This document shows positions 1 through 13,397 of a stretch of 64,000 bases of DNA, piece after piece; position 1 is the stretch's first letter, and each line of letters opens with the position of its first letter. This DNA is from Octopus sinensis (Eukaryota), in contig NC_043014.1 of assembly GCF_006345805.1 (NCBI RefSeq), positions 19,778,001 to 19,842,000 of the forward strand. The letters are read 5' to 3'. Position numbers and translations under genes: made by a program. The notes under the pieces are model-generated. The model was given only the letters and a program-made list of their open reading frames with translations. It made no database searches and had not been told where the DNA came from.

Positions 1-76
1 GGTATACTGGGCTTCGTAAATTTTACCCTAGTGTCACTTTGATGGCATGCACTGCTCAATAATAATAATAATAATA

Positions 77-121
<45 letters not shown>

Positions 122-910
122 CAATACCACACATTTGCTTGTCAGTTGTTTGACCTTAACCAGTTGAGCATGTCCCTTAGTGGCTGACGATATGTGCATC
201 TCTGATCACGAGCAGAAGTAGTGGGGGAGCATCATAGCCATGTGTTGAGAGGGATTCTTTGGGATTTGAATGATTCACCTCTGGAGGCATGGGTGGTTCT
301 TTCAACATCCTTAAACAACCCTTGTTCAGGGACCTTTTGAGCAGGATGGGCTACTCAACCTGAAGAAAATTCTAACTGGGCCCCACTTGCAAGGTCATGT
401 GCAGTTTATCTTGATATGATATCACCATGTCGCGCACATATGGTTATGATGCATGTGCCTGGTGTGCCCTTATCAGACGGGTAGTCGTGATGGGTATATT
501 GGGCTTCGTATATTTTACCCCAGTGTCACTTTGATGGCATGAACTGCTCTCTCACTCAATAATAATAATGACAATGGGGGAGCATCATAGCCGTGTGTTG
601 AAAGGAATTCTTAGAGGTTTGGATAATTCACCTTTGGAAACATGGGTGGTTCGTTCAACATCCTTAAACCACCCTTATTCGGGGATCTTTTGAGCTGGAT
701 GAGCTACTCGACCAGAAGAAAATCCTAACTGGGTCCCACCTGCAAGGTCATGCGCTGTTTATCTTGATATGAGATCACCATGTCGCGCATTTATGGTTGT
801 GATGCATGTGCCTAGTGTACCTTTATCAGAGGGGTAGTCATGATGGGTATACTGGGCTTCGTATATTTTACCCCAGTTTCACTTTGATGGCATGAACTGC
901 TCTCTTACTC

Positions 911-944
<34 letters not shown>

Positions 945-970
945 TAATAATAATAATAATAATAATAATT
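1..970 (+). mobile_element. Three head-to-tail copies of a retroposon 3' end, each ending in an (AAT)n tail
   Basis: The terminus GGTATACTGGGCTTCGTA..GATGGCATG.ACTGCTC occurs at 1-57, 493-557 and 846-910, each followed by (AAT)n. Copy 2 (126-557) and copy 3 (576-910, more 5'-truncated) align over about 330 bp. Assignment to a LINE 3' UTR versus a SINE is inference. Confidence 0.85.
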
Positions 971-1084
971 ACCAGTACTGTTTGTGAAAGATAGCCTATC
1001 ACCATTACTGTTTTTGAGAGTTAGCCTATCACTATTGCTGTTCGTGATTTGTATGATATGCCTCGTATAGATACTATGGAAAGT

Positions 1085-2470
1085 GACACCGGGGAGGTAA
1101 ATGAAATCATCTGTTATATATGAATGAATTAAAGATCATTGGAAAGACCGAACATAAAACAAATGGCCTAGTTTCAACAGTACAGATATTCAGTAAAGAT
1201 ACAGGAATCGAATTTGGAGCTTAAAAGTGTAGTATGCTTATAATACAAACAGACAAAGTAGTGTCGTCTGCTGGTGTAGAGCTACCCAACGGCGAGAAAA
1301 TCAAGGATATTGAAATTAATGGATATAAATATCTGGAGATTTTAGAATACGACAAAAGCAAAGAAATTAAAATGAAGGAAAGCTTTAGGCGATAATATAT
1401 CAGAAGAACCAGTTAATTATAGGAAGTAGACTCAATGGAAAAAAACAAAATCAGGACATTTAATGCAATATGGTAAAGGTGTTATTAGGTGGACAAAGAA
1501 CGAGCTTGAGGAAATGGACAGGAAAAGTAGAAAAGTGATGACAATTACCAAGGAACTACACCACAAAAGTATGTGCCTAAAAGCAGGGGTATGCGTATAA
1601 TACAAAGAGAACAATCTGAACAAACATCAGAGTGAATCCTTGCTTTCCGCTGTTGGAATCAACAATACAATGCCTACCGAAAATGTGATGCATCCACAAA
1701 CATTTAAGAAACAAGATGGAGAAAGAGTAAACAACTGGAAAATGAAACCCCTGTATGGGCCATCGAAAGAAAATACAAGATCAACACTTGGAGATGACTA
1801 AGAAAATATGATCTGGAAGGACGTACTGAGGCATTGATATGCAGCGCCCAGGTACAAGCATTGAAACTAATTACACCAAGTTCGAAAAGATAAGAGTAGC
1901 GAATTCCGCGTTTGTTGGATGTTTGGCAGCAGAAATGAAACTATCTCACATATTGTAATTGAGTGTAGCAAGTATTACAAATGGAGGCACGATAACCTGG
2001 CTAAGTTCGTCCACTGGAGGCTATGTGAAAAGTACGGCCTGAACAGAGTACGAAAATGGTACGAAGATGAACCACAAGCAGTCACCGAGAACAAGGAACA
2101 TAAGATACTGTGAGATTTTACAACCCAATACGACTCCCTAATTGAGGCTCGGAGACCAGACATTGTTGTTGTAGATAAAGAAATAAAGGAAACCAAGATC
2201 ATAAATATTGCATTACCTGGAGATGCACACATAAGTGACAAAGAACTAGAAAAGATTGAAAAGTACAGACTACTAAAATACGAAATTTCAAGAATGTGGA
2301 CTATGAGGAGAGTATCTGTCATTCCAGTAGTTGTAGAGGCGTTTGGATCACTAACAACCACGTTTGAGAAATATGTCAAAGAAATCGGAACTGACATGAG
2401 AGCAGAGTAAGCCCCAAACACTGCTCTGCTGGGGACAGCAAGGATTTTGCGATTGGTACTTGGATGTTGA
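1085..2470 (+). pseudogene. Degenerate R4/Dong-like non-LTR retrotransposon ORF (RT domains 5-7, CCHC knuckle, restriction-like endonuclease)
   Basis: Manual translation gives NHLLYMNELK (YMDD box decayed), GIEFGA*KC, YKYLEILEYD, CWMFGSRNETISHIVIECSK (C-x2-[C]-x8-H-x4-C) and ARRPDIVVVDKEIKETKIINIALPGD (RLE PD..D motif). Many stops and frameshifts. Confidence 0.85.
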
Positions 2471-2564
2471 ACATCTCCCACGATAATTAAGGAGGGGGGA
2501 GGAAGCGGAGGATGAGGAGGAAGATTGTTTTTGTTTTAAACACTGCGCCAGCAATTTTAAGGAA

Positions 2565-2662
2565 ATGAATTTGTCAATACCATTGATCCCAATACTAAGA
2601 TCGGTACTTTATTCTAGATGGAGGAAAATTTAGGTTGACTTCGGTGGGACTTGAACTTCAAA
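2565..2662 (-). mobile_element. SINE group A fragment (degenerate)
   Basis: Similarity to the GTTCAAATTCCGCCGAGGTCGAC..TAAGTACCAG..GGGGTCGAT core seen in better copies (40918, 22341). Confidence 0.55.
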
Positions 2663-4188
2663 TGGGAGGAACGGACAATAATGATAATGATGATGATAAC
2701 AACAACAACAACAATAATAATAATAATCGTAATTGAACCATAATAGTTATCATAAATGCGTCCGTTTAGAAAACAACCACATACAACAATGGATTATATA
2801 AAATTGGGTGTAGTAAGGAAAACACATGCAAAACAAATAAAGAAAAATGTAGATTTTTCGTTTTATTGTTTCGAAAGAGAAGCATCCATACAAAATATGG
2901 TCTAGCTCGTCTACCAAATGCATGTGTCCGCCAGTCTATAGCCTCATACAGATAGGCGTTACTTAACAAGTTTAGGTAATCATTTAGGATCACATGTACT
3001 CCAAAACAGCGTTAATCAATTATAATACACAACGGGAGTAATTATTATTAATAGCAGAAAATATTTGGAGTTATGGCAAACCTATTTTTTCTTGTAAGAG
3101 AGAATACAGATCAAAAAGCTACTGATTAAGTGTGTTTTTCCCTTTCTATTCTTTGCACACATTTTGCAATAACAATTATTTAAGTATGTAGGCATCAGCA
3201 AACAGCTATAGTTTTATTCACATTCGGATTAATATCCATTCGTTATTTCGAACATATATTATGAATTTCCTCATCAAGTTCATTCTATCTTTTCTCTTTG
3301 ATTATTTTCTTTATTTTAGCAGGATATTTATGTACAGCTTCTGTATCTGAACTCGCAACTTCTGTGCCTTTCACACCTTTTATATTATTTAGAAGTTATA
3401 CAATTTTGTAGCCAAATATTGCTAGTAAAACATATTTGCTTGCGTTTTTATTTATTTATTTAGTTAGTCATTTACACGTGAATTGTACCTGCCGGATTGT
3501 TCATTATATTATTGGAGTCAATGGAAATTCGTTTCTGATCACAATTTTCCAATCAAAGTGAGTGTTGAGAAATGCTCTATTTCAGCTACTGTAGAACTTC
3601 GATTCGTAATACATAATATATTTCATGATGTAAACGCCATTTTCGTTTGATCAAATAGTTGCGCTAAATAGTTCAGCCTCACATCTTTATGACTTTTCTG
3701 TGTTTTAATAGTGGTGATCATTTTAATTATTTCAAGATGACTAATATGATTAATGCATCGAGTAATAACATTTTGTATACTTTTTATTACTTCTATAATT
3801 TTTCTTATAGATTTTGTGGCATAGGAAGTGAGATAATATGTATGATTTCAAAAAGCACGTGTTAACTTTTTTTAATAGCAATGTAACACGCTCGTCAATG
3901 TAACAGGCGCGTAATTGGGATGTAAGAGCAAAGGCGGGAGGATGGCCTTGGCTCAGATTGTCAATTGCACCTAATTAGACCACCACGTTCAAAGCACAGT
4001 AACCAAATTTAATACGCTATAAATTAAAGGATGGTTACCATATATTCAATTGTGGTATTTAAAACTGGCCCAGACTGTGAACGTTTAACACATATAATTA
4101 AAGTAAAATAACATGCCCTATATATACATATATATATATGAATAAATATATATATGTGTGTTTATATATATATATGTGTGTGTGTGTG

Positions 4189-4222
<34 letters not shown>

Positions 4223-4869
4223 GCTCTTGCATGCACACGGAAAAACATTCTTCTACTCACTCTCTCTCTTTTTCTCACTTCATCTTTCTCTACCTCTCTC
4301 TCTCTCTCTCTCTCTCTGTTGAGAGTCGGCTATAGAAAACAAAAGTGAGTCCTGTAGACAGTAAATAATTATTAGAAAATGCAAAGGAAAAATGCGATGA
4401 AAACCCTTTGTGTTATGTGCTTGTCATGGAAGAGAAAGAGTTTGGTCGTCGACCTGATGGTGTAGGGACAGAGGAAGGTACCATATGCAGAAAATGCGAG
4501 AGCGTCTACATGGTTGCTTGAATAGCTAAAACTATGAACATAAAAATATTTACAATATATAATGCAGTTTGGTTAGTGTGTCTGAGTATGGGCGTGCATG
4601 ATCAAATCTGACTTGTGCTTCAATATAACAACTTCCCTCTTTGACCTCACAGGGGACTATATATACTGCCGACTGCAGTTTTAAATATAGCAATGAAACA
4701 TCCCACAAATCCTGAGATCACATTCTATTGTCTCCCTGAGCTTCTAAGGTATAGCCACAAAAAATTCTTTAATTTGAGGAAAGTATAGGATAAAATAACT
4801 AAATACAAATGTGTTTACTTCATAATATGTATATTAACACTAACAAGATTCGACAATGTTTCTGTGCTA

Positions 4870-5110
4870 CAAAACTTACACACTGAGCAGCTGCTTGACC
4901 TGTAACCAAGATCCTTCAAATTACACGCTACCGTATTAAAATAAGTAGGGACACGCGAGATAGTGCAATGCAAATCAAATTATAGGAGCTTAAAAAATAA
5001 AACACGATGCTTTATGATGTTATAAAAACGGAAACGGATGTCTCCGTTAGAACAGCTTCAAACACTGGTCCTGTAGATCAGAGCAAAGTTGAGGTTAAAG
5101 AGCAATAAAC
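4870..5110 (+). repeat. Old dispersed repeat of unknown class (related segments near 24870, 26260, 50275)
   Basis: Shared degenerate motif TGCTTGACCTG(C/T)..A(G)A..TAGCA(A/G)CCAAA..CTC..C.AA.TCACAC in four places; by-eye alignment only. Confidence 0.4.
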
Positions 5111-5774
5111 AACTTGCACAAATCTTTGAATGTAAATAAGTTTTTTTAAAAAACAGAAAAAAAAATTAGAATCACAAACTAATTTCCATATTAAGCATAA
5201 TAGCAGCGAAATTTTATTGTAAACAATAGAGAATACATCATTAAATAAGCATCAATATAATGCTCAACGATAAGATCAACGACGAAGGAATTTACATATA
5301 AATGCATATTAAATTAGAACTCCTACGACATTGCATTTTGATAATGAAATAAAAAGATTTGACAAGAGAAAGAAAAAGAACGAAGATATCAAAATATAAG
5401 AGAAAGGGTGAATACGTGACAAGACACATATATTATGAATTGACTGTGTTTGTTTATGTCGGATGAGGTTCAAAATTTAAAAAAATATGTGGTTCAAACG
5501 GCGAAAAAGAGAAATGTGTTGATATATAAATAGAGAAATACTTAAATATATGTATATGTAAATATGAGGATGTGTATATAGATTCGGTAGTTAGATAAAT
5601 TGGTGCGTTTGCATAAATTAACACGGAAAATATTTTTATCGTAGAAAGTTATTTTATTTATTTGTTTAATTATTTATTTCTTTAGTAGCTATTTTCTTCC
5701 TCTACAACTTTCGTTATTCATTTCTGAAATTTTAATACATTTTACCTCTTTTCAAGCATGGTGTGCATAGTAAG

Positions 5775-6180
5775 AGAAAAAGTAAACTAACATGTTTTCG
5801 ACATCTTCTCTTCTCTTTCATATAGGTTCCAAAGATACCAAAGTTGCTTCACACAATTGCGCTCTGTACAGAGAAGGTGCTATTACTGAAAGAACTGCAC
5901 GGAAATGGTTTTAACGCTTCATGGAGGGCGAAATTCCACTTCGCAGATTCTCCGTGTCCCGGCCAATCTGCAAACTACTCAACCGGCGACACGACCTACT
6001 TATTTAACATGATCTGTTCGGGTAAACGAGCTTACTTAGGAGGATCAGGAGGATATCCGCGCCAATCCAAAAGGGAATTGAACCAGCAGACAATATGCTC
6101 TCATGATACCATCCGTCAACAATTTTGCTTGTTGGGTAAGGTTTCAATACTCGCTGAATGGACATTACATGCAATATATA
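5775..6180 (+). pseudogene. Mariner transposase N-terminal (HTH) remnant
   Basis: Translations CFRHLLFSF, GAITERTARKWF, FADSPCPGQ and PRQSKRELNQQTICSHDTIRQQFCLLGKVSILAEWTLH resemble mariner FRHLLLF / GAIAERTAREW / PRQTTRELA..SH.TI..HL..LGK...G.WVPH. Confidence 0.75.
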
Positions 6181-6336
6181 TTACTAGAAGTGTCTATTAA
6201 TAGATATTGAAGAATTATCAGCTACCAAATGGCTTGTAAATTTTAAACACAGTTCAGCTCTGCTCTATTTCCACCAGGTTGCTTGCTCGACATCGTACCG
6301 TTCATGTTAACATTTTTGCAGTATTTCTGCCCTTCT

Positions 6337-6339
<3 letters not shown>

Positions 6340-6435
<96 letters not shown>

Positions 6436-6541
6436 ATACAGAGAGAGGGAGAGAGAGAAATTGAAAGATATACGTATATATATATATATATATATACAAA
6501 CATATATACATATATATATATATATGCATGCGTGTATGTGC

Positions 6542-6573
<32 letters not shown>

Positions 6574-6640
6574 ATGTGTATACATATATATGTATGTATG
6601 TATGTATGTATCTATGCATGTATGCATGTATGCATGTATA
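6340..6640. repeat. Compound microsatellite (TA)n/(GA)n/(TATG)n
   Basis: Directly visible; includes an almost unbroken (TA) run of about 90 bp. Confidence 0.95.
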
Positions 6641-6644
6641 TATA

Positions 6645-7120
6645 TCATCATCATCCTTCGACCAACCTATGGTTGGACGGAACTCCATTGACAATCCCTT
6701 TCCACACTAAATGGTCCTGTATGGCTGTATTCAGATCTCTAATATCCTACCTTGAGACCCGAGATATGATACCGGGAAATATCATTTTCCTGGAGAAAAC
6801 ACTTCCAGAAGGATGCTATAGGAACAGGGATGAGATAACCTCTTTCTCTGCTCCATGACAGTGGCCAGCACATTGTAACCATTTCTACTTTAGCTTCAGG
6901 GATATTGCTATCAGATTTCCATAGATGTTGCTAAGTGTTGTGTGTAATATCCAACTAACGTTTTCTATTTTTCTGATCAGGTTGGTATATGTTCCATATC
7001 GTCGTTTTTCTAAGAGAGCCGATAAGATACATAGAGAGAGGTCGGCTCAATCAGTGGTCTAAATATTTAAACTTTTAACGTAGGTGGAAGGTTTGAGTGC
7101 CAGATCTTATCAAGTTTGTT
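6645..7120 (-). mobile_element. RTE-clade LINE 3' fragment with (GAT)n tail
   Basis: Minus-strand translation [60 protein letters not shown] matches the RTE C-terminus pattern; it ends in TGATGATGA at 6645-6653. Confidence 0.7.
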
Positions 7121-7163
7121 ACATCCATTAAGAGCGTGTAGAAATACATAGGTGTATACATGC

Positions 7164-7164
<1 letters not shown>

Positions 7165-7213
<49 letters not shown>

Positions 7214-7224
7214 TATTATTTATA

Positions 7225-7259
<35 letters not shown>

Positions 7260-7480
7260 TATATATTTAATATATATATATAATATATATATGTATATAT
7301 ATGATATATGATATATATATATTATATCTATAATATAATATACATACATATATATATATATTATATCTATAATATAATATACATACATATATATATATAT
7401 ATGTATGTATGTATATATATTTATATGCACATGTGAGTGTGTATGCGCGCGCGCGTGCGTGTGTGTGTGTGTATATGCAT
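7165..7480. repeat. (TA)n-rich microsatellite block with short internal duplications
   Basis: Directly visible; for example ATTATATCTATAATATAATATACATACATA occurs twice. Confidence 0.9.
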
Positions 7481-8976
7481 GTATATATATTCAAATATTC
7501 TGCTTTGTGTTTCCATGTGGGTCATTATCCTGCCCTGCAGCATACAAAACTAATTTATATACTGCCTTCTTTGTCAGCCTCATATATCATTAATATTTGC
7601 CAGAATGCCTTTCTCAACAAGACAATTAATATAATATTCCCGTACAAAAATGGAAGTGGTATTATGTATATTGTACATATTGCTTCCTGTTGTATAGTGA
7701 TACCAAATTATCTATTTGTAAAGTTGACAGTAGAGTTATAAAATAAATTGCTTCTGTATCACAGAAGACATACCTAGAAGAAGACATATCTGCTTGTATC
7801 ATTGCACAACGAGAGATAAGTTCGGGACAAAAGATGTCTAACCCCTCCTCGGTTCTCGACTGTGCTATTACTCCCTGTTTTTACTTTTTTTTGGCTTTTA
7901 ACGACAAGACAGGAAAACTTCCTAAGACAGCAGTATCCAGAAATTTTTAAAACATAAAATTTGTAGGGGTTAGGGTTTCCAACGAGCAAACGACACTAGA
8001 GTGGACGTACGGAAGTAAACAATCGACAAATACAGAAATTTAGGGCTGTTAGGGCAAGATAAATTGTAATGAGTAACGTCTGGGATAAAATTTTAAAGGA
8101 TATAGAGTAAATAGTAGAAGAGCAAAAAATATCGAGAGGCGAGAGAAATGATGTCCGGCTGTGTGGCAGTCCGATCCAGAAAAGACAGAGCAATGTGTGA
8201 GCAACAGGCAGAGTGGAAGAGGGACAAGAGAGAGGATGAGAGAAAGAAATAAAGGGTGTGAGGCGAAGGGAGAAGGAAAAAAAGATAGTAGAAAGTGAAA
8301 TAAAGACAGGCGACAGTAAAGAATGAAGGGGAGAAAAGGAATATAGAAGATGAAACGGATACAGGGAAAAAAGAAGAGGAAATAGGCAGGGAACAGAGTG
8401 TAGAGTCACAGAAATTATATATAGATGTAAAATCTTATTGTTGACAAAGGCTGCGCGGCGTTCAATTATTAAACAAATGAAAAAATATATATTATTTATT
8501 TGATATTTGAACGTCAGTAGTGTCAACTTTTGTGTAGATTAAGTGAATTAAAACACACACATGTGCGTGTGCATATATGCGTGTGCTTGACCGAACGAGC
8601 GCCCGTTTATGTGTACGTAGCTTAGAATTGGGAGATTTATTTTAAGATGTATGTTTGGAGTTGTCTATAATTCCTTTTACTGCATAATTTCCCAACAATT
8701 TACATATTATACTAGGCTATAATCCTATAGAATCCTCAAGTCGATACTGCTTTTATAATACATACATATTCGAATGAAATTATTAATATATATATAGTTC
8801 CATCTAAGATTTAATCTAAATACGTTGATGTACTTTACCGTAGCACAACTACACCAACATGGAATAAATTCGAACTTTATAGAAAATTAGAACTAAATTA
8901 CACCTATTCTCCGTATTTCATTACTGGATTGCGTATATATTTAGTTCAATTCGAATTTGCTTACAAGGTATACTGG

Positions 8977-9186
8977 GGTTTCAAATTCACAATGCCATCA
9001 ATTTCTTAGGAGGGGTATGTCGATTAAATTGACCCCAGTGCTCAGCTGGTACGTATTTCACCGACCCCGAAATGAGGAATGGCAATGTCGACCCGCTCGG
9101 AATTTGAAATCAGAAGTTAGCGACGGACAAAAATGCTGCTAAGCATTTTGCCCGGCGTGCTAACGGTTCTGCCAGCTCGCCACCTT
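8977..9186 (-). mobile_element. SINE group A (tRNA-derived head GGCGGCGAGCTGGCAGAA.CGTTAGCACGCCGGGC)
   Basis: Reverse complement matches the head, B-box-like TTCAAATTCC, the GGGGTCGAT core and the AAATTTGAAACC tail. Confidence 0.85.
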
Positions 9187-9735
9187 ACTTATCAGATGTA
9201 GTAATGAGTCGATGACTTGAAGGTTCGCGTTAAACTAGTAACGGTATAAGTACCTTAACACAAAACACTAGTCCTTCGAATCACTAATTAAGCGTCATGT
9301 GTTTCTCTCACACTCACTCATTCTGTGTGTATGTGTAAGTGTGTGTGCTTACACGCACATGCGTGTATGTATACCTACCAGTAACATACCAGCCATCAGC
9401 TAATATTCGAGCAATCTGAGATTGTGAAACGCACATACGCAGAAATGCACTCAATTTGCTACGAGTATAGAAGTTCCTTTTTCCTGCCCTACGGATTCTT
9501 AGACGATTCTGTGTATGTAAGTGTGAATGTGAGTACTTACGCGTATTTCGTCGAAGCTCAGCACATGGAAACTTCGAGGTCACGGTCATGTATATTTGTG
9601 TATATATTTGTACATGTGAGAAAAAAATTACTCAAATTCCATAGAAGTGTCTACATGTTTCTTTCCAACCAGATATACCTCATTGTCACTAATAACAGTC
9701 TCATGCTACAGTCCTTGCAGCATTACGATATATGT

Positions 9736-9905
9736 GAGGCGGCAAGCTGGTAGAATTGTTAACACGCCGGAGTAAATGCTTAGCGGCATTTCATCCGTCT
9801 TTACGTTTTACGTTCAAATCCTGCGGAGATCGACTTTGCCTCTCATCTATTCGGGATGACTTAACACCTCACCCGAAGTTGTTAGCCTTTTGCCAAAATT
9901 TTAAA
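9736..9905 (+). mobile_element. SINE group A, internally deleted
   Basis: GAGGCGGCAAGCTGGTAGAATTGTTAACACGCCGG..GTTCAAATCCTGCGGAGATCGACTTTGCC. Confidence 0.8.
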
Positions 9906-9950
9906 TCATCATCATCATCATCATCATTATTATTATTATTATTATTATTA

Positions 9951-10015
<65 letters not shown>

Positions 10016-10063
10016 GTTGTTGTTATTGTTATTATTATTATTGTTAATAATAATAATGATGAT

Positions 10064-10098
<35 letters not shown>

Positions 10099-10100
10099 CA
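9906..10100. repeat. (TCA)n-(TTA)n followed by (ATA)n trinucleotide array
   Basis: Directly visible; the two halves are mutually complementary. Confidence 0.9.
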
Positions 10101-10309
10101 TCATTATTATTGTTATTGTTATTTTCTTTTCCAGTAATTTTAATGGTTATAATTAAATTTACATGATGAACGGTATATTGGAGCTAGAAACTCCAAATGT
10201 CAACTGCCGAGGAACTTAATTAGCCAACTTCCGAACTTTTGGTTAGAAGAATAGCTTGTTATGTAATCCAAAATAAATTGAAATAATAATAATAATAATA
10301 ATGATGATG

Positions 10310-10367
<58 letters not shown>

Positions 10368-11070
10368 ATATACGTTTCTATTTAATCACAACACATACAG
10401 CACATCTATTTATCAAATGCTAATTAACCTCTTTTAAGATCAAGCGTTGACAATGAAATTCGGTAATGAATACAAATGGCCAAATTAATTCCTGATTGTA
10501 GCATTTAATTAACTTCTTTATAACTAGCGAAAAATAAAAGAAGCATTAAAACGTAAAATATATACACATACATATACTGTGTTTATATATATGTAACGAA
10601 GGTGATGGAAGATTGGTGAGAGCATCCTCAACGCTCTTAATTACGAGTGTAACGGAAATTCTCCTAATGCTCCAGGATGACAAGATTCCTAAAGCAACTA
10701 TGGGTTACTTTGTTTTGCGTTCATTCAACAGTTAATAAAATCATACCTATTTGAATAAAATAATTTTCCATGGGTTAGGGGTTGACTTTGCGTTTACATT
10801 ACATCGCCATTAGACTAATTTCCTCACTAGAAAGGACCTCGTTAATTAAAAACAATAGAAGCGACAACAAGATTTATTTTTAAACTTAGTCCTTTCTTCA
10901 TCCGTTGTTGAGAAAAAAGATTGTCGTATATTTTGATCAAAGGTAGAATGCAATTACTTTTAATATAATCGGCAAATGTTATTAAAACTCGACAGAGAAA
11001 TTTAAGGGCATCTTATAAAGGGCAAACCGTTTTAATTTCGGATGTGAATCAATGAAATATAATTGATATA

Positions 11071-11232
11071 CAGGCATGGCTGCGTAGTTAAGAAGCTCGC
11101 TTTGCAATCACGTGGGTTCAGGTTCAACCCTGCTACACGGTACCTTACAGAGTGCCTTGTACTGTGATTCGAGCCCAATTAGTGCCTTGTGAATGGATTT
11201 GATAGGAGGAAACTGCGTGCAGTTCGTACTTG
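11071..11232 (+). mobile_element. SINE group B (CORE-SINE, OR-like) 5' half
   Basis: CAGGCATGGCTGCGTAGTTAAGAAGCTCGC..GGTTCAACCC head followed by a CORE-like CACCTT..GTG.CTT..ACT and GTGAATGGATTTGATAG. The name OR-like is inference from known octopus CORE-SINEs. Confidence 0.7.
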
Positions 11233-11251
11233 TGTATTTATATTATTTTAG

Positions 11252-11471
11252 TCTTTCACTTGTTTTAGTCATGTGATTGCGACTGTACTGGAGAACCACC
11301 TTGAGAAACATTTTTGTCGAATAAATCGACCCCAGGACATATTTATTAAGCGTAGTACTTACTCTACTCTACCTTTTTGCCGAACAGCTAAGTTAAGGGG
11401 ACATAAACATACTAATACCGGTTGTCAAGCGGTGATGGGACAAACACAGACAAAAAGACGCAATCATACAG

Positions 11472-11508
<37 letters not shown>

Positions 11509-11625
11509 GGCGAGATTCTTTCAGTTTCCGTGAACCAAATCCACTCACAAGGCTTTGGTCGTCCCGAGACTACAGTAGAAGACAGTTGCCCAAGGTTCCA
11601 CGCAGTGGAATTGAACCCAGGAAGC
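11252..11625 (-). mobile_element. SINE group B, nearly full length with internal (TA)n
   Basis: Reverse complement contains CCACTGCGTGGAACCTTGGGCAACTGTCTTCTACTGTAG, GGAAACTGAAAGAA, (TA)n, GCTTGACAACCGG and a TGACTAAAACAAGTGAAAGA tail. Confidence 0.85.
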
Positions 11626-12560
11626 ATTTTATCAGACAGTCTTTAAAATGATAACTACTGGAATCATTTTCTTCTGTTTTTTTTTTTTTTACTAAACCCT
11701 TCAAACCAGCACCACAGGTATGACTCAACTAAGAGTTTAAAATATCTAAGGCCACAGCTTTCTTCCTTAGGACTCGAGTTTAAGTACACCCTTCGAAAAT
11801 TCTTGGCAATCAACCATTAGATATTACACTCTTTTACTTATTTGTTCCGTTACTGGTCTCATCACTTGGTGAGGGAGTCAGTAGTGCTTACAAAAGTTTC
11901 TTAACAGGTTATACGGTTACTGTATTGATGCCAGTAATTTAGCAAATCGCCAAGTTACGTTTTTGAAAGAAAGGAATCAAGCTCAACAAACCGTTTACAA
12001 CTTTAAACGTAAACACAGAAAACAGAAGTACACATATGTACACACACACACGTGCGTGTGTGTGTGCATACATATATGTTCGCATTCGTACAGATTTAAC
12101 TGACTTAAGGGTTGAATAACCGGTGACAGAAAACCAATCACCACCACTACAAAAATATCCGACAACACATCTATATGCAGATATATAAATAAATACGCAA
12201 AAGGCAGTAAAATCTAAAAGTAATCTACTAAAATTATGGCTTTTTCCATAATCTACTTAGCGCAAATTGCAGATAAACCTTCCACTCCTGGATGTGACGC
12301 CAGTTTTTCGCTGAAGAACATTCAAGGAATTGTAAGCAGAGCCAATGTACGTTAAGCCGGAATGTCCAGCAAGAGAAAGAAACGTCGCCGGCGGATTTAA
12401 ATGTATGTTATGTGAGTTGTTCCTTCAGTTTCATATGATTTGGTCAATTCGTTACTAAACATATTCTATACATCTACACAGAAAACACGCATATATGTAT
12501 ATATATATATATGTGTGTGTAAATATATACATACACACACACACACCTATATATATACAT

Positions 12561-12640
<80 letters not shown>

Positions 12641-12643
<3 letters not shown>

Positions 12644-13028
12644 ACCAGCGCCACGAGAACATCGTTGTCTTCGTCTGCCGTTTTTTCCAAATACGCCAGC
12701 TAAACTAAGTTGTACTGTCTAGTCGTAAGGCACCCGCTGTTTTTGTCCTGTTATTACTATTATTGTTTTTTGTATTTATATTCGTGTGGCATCGTCCGTT
12801 TTTCTGTCCTTGTTTCGTATACATTCGATCCTTTTTCCAATAAATCTAATGCTCGTAGCTTAGTTTTTCCTTGGGGCTGGCCGGATCGGAGCGATCTCAA
12901 GATTAATCAGCCGAAATTGCGAGGATGATCCGGTTCTTGACTGAAGATTGAAGGCTTCGAATGTCCCGTCCGTGTTTTTTGTATCGTCTTCTAAATGTTT
13001 TACGTTCTTGTCCCTGTTTGTATTTTTC

Positions 13029-13030
<2 letters not shown>
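12641..13030 (+). mobile_element. Short element embedded in (TA)n, probable PLE-derived terminal repeat; partial inverted relative at 33505-33622
   Basis: Flanked on both sides by (TA)n. GACTGAAGATTGAAGGCTTCGAATGTCCCGTCC..GATGTTTT(A/G)CGTTCTTGTCC is shared with the reverse complement of 33505-33622. Confidence 0.6.
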
Positions 13031-13094
<64 letters not shown>

Positions 13095-13149
13095 CATATG
13101 TAGGCATGTATATATTTCTGTAGGTATGTATATATATATATATATATAT

Positions 13150-13275
13150 ATATAGATATAGATATAGATAGATAGATAGATAGATAGATTGATAGACAGA
13201 TAGATAGATAGATAGAGAGATAGAGAGATAGAGAGATAGATATAGATAGATAGATAGAGAGATAGAGAGATAGAG

Positions 13276-13315
<40 letters not shown>

Positions 13316-13320
13316 GCATA
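13150..13320. repeat. (TAGA)n/(GAGA) compound microsatellite
   Basis: Directly visible. Confidence 0.9.
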
Positions 13321-13397
13321 TGTATGTGCGTGTGTGTAAGAGTATCTGCGTGCATGTGGTGTATATGAGTGTAGGTGTCTACTTACGTATTTATACA

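Noticed and set aside
7960-10785. GGGTTAGGG strings resembling telomeric repeats
   Set aside because: Single isolated units, not arrays.
12273-12400. Candidate exon 12273-12331 and mini-ORF MSSKRKKRRRRI
   Set aside because: Weak donor (T|GTAAGC), ambiguous acceptor and no recognisable product; the basic peptide is only 12 aa.
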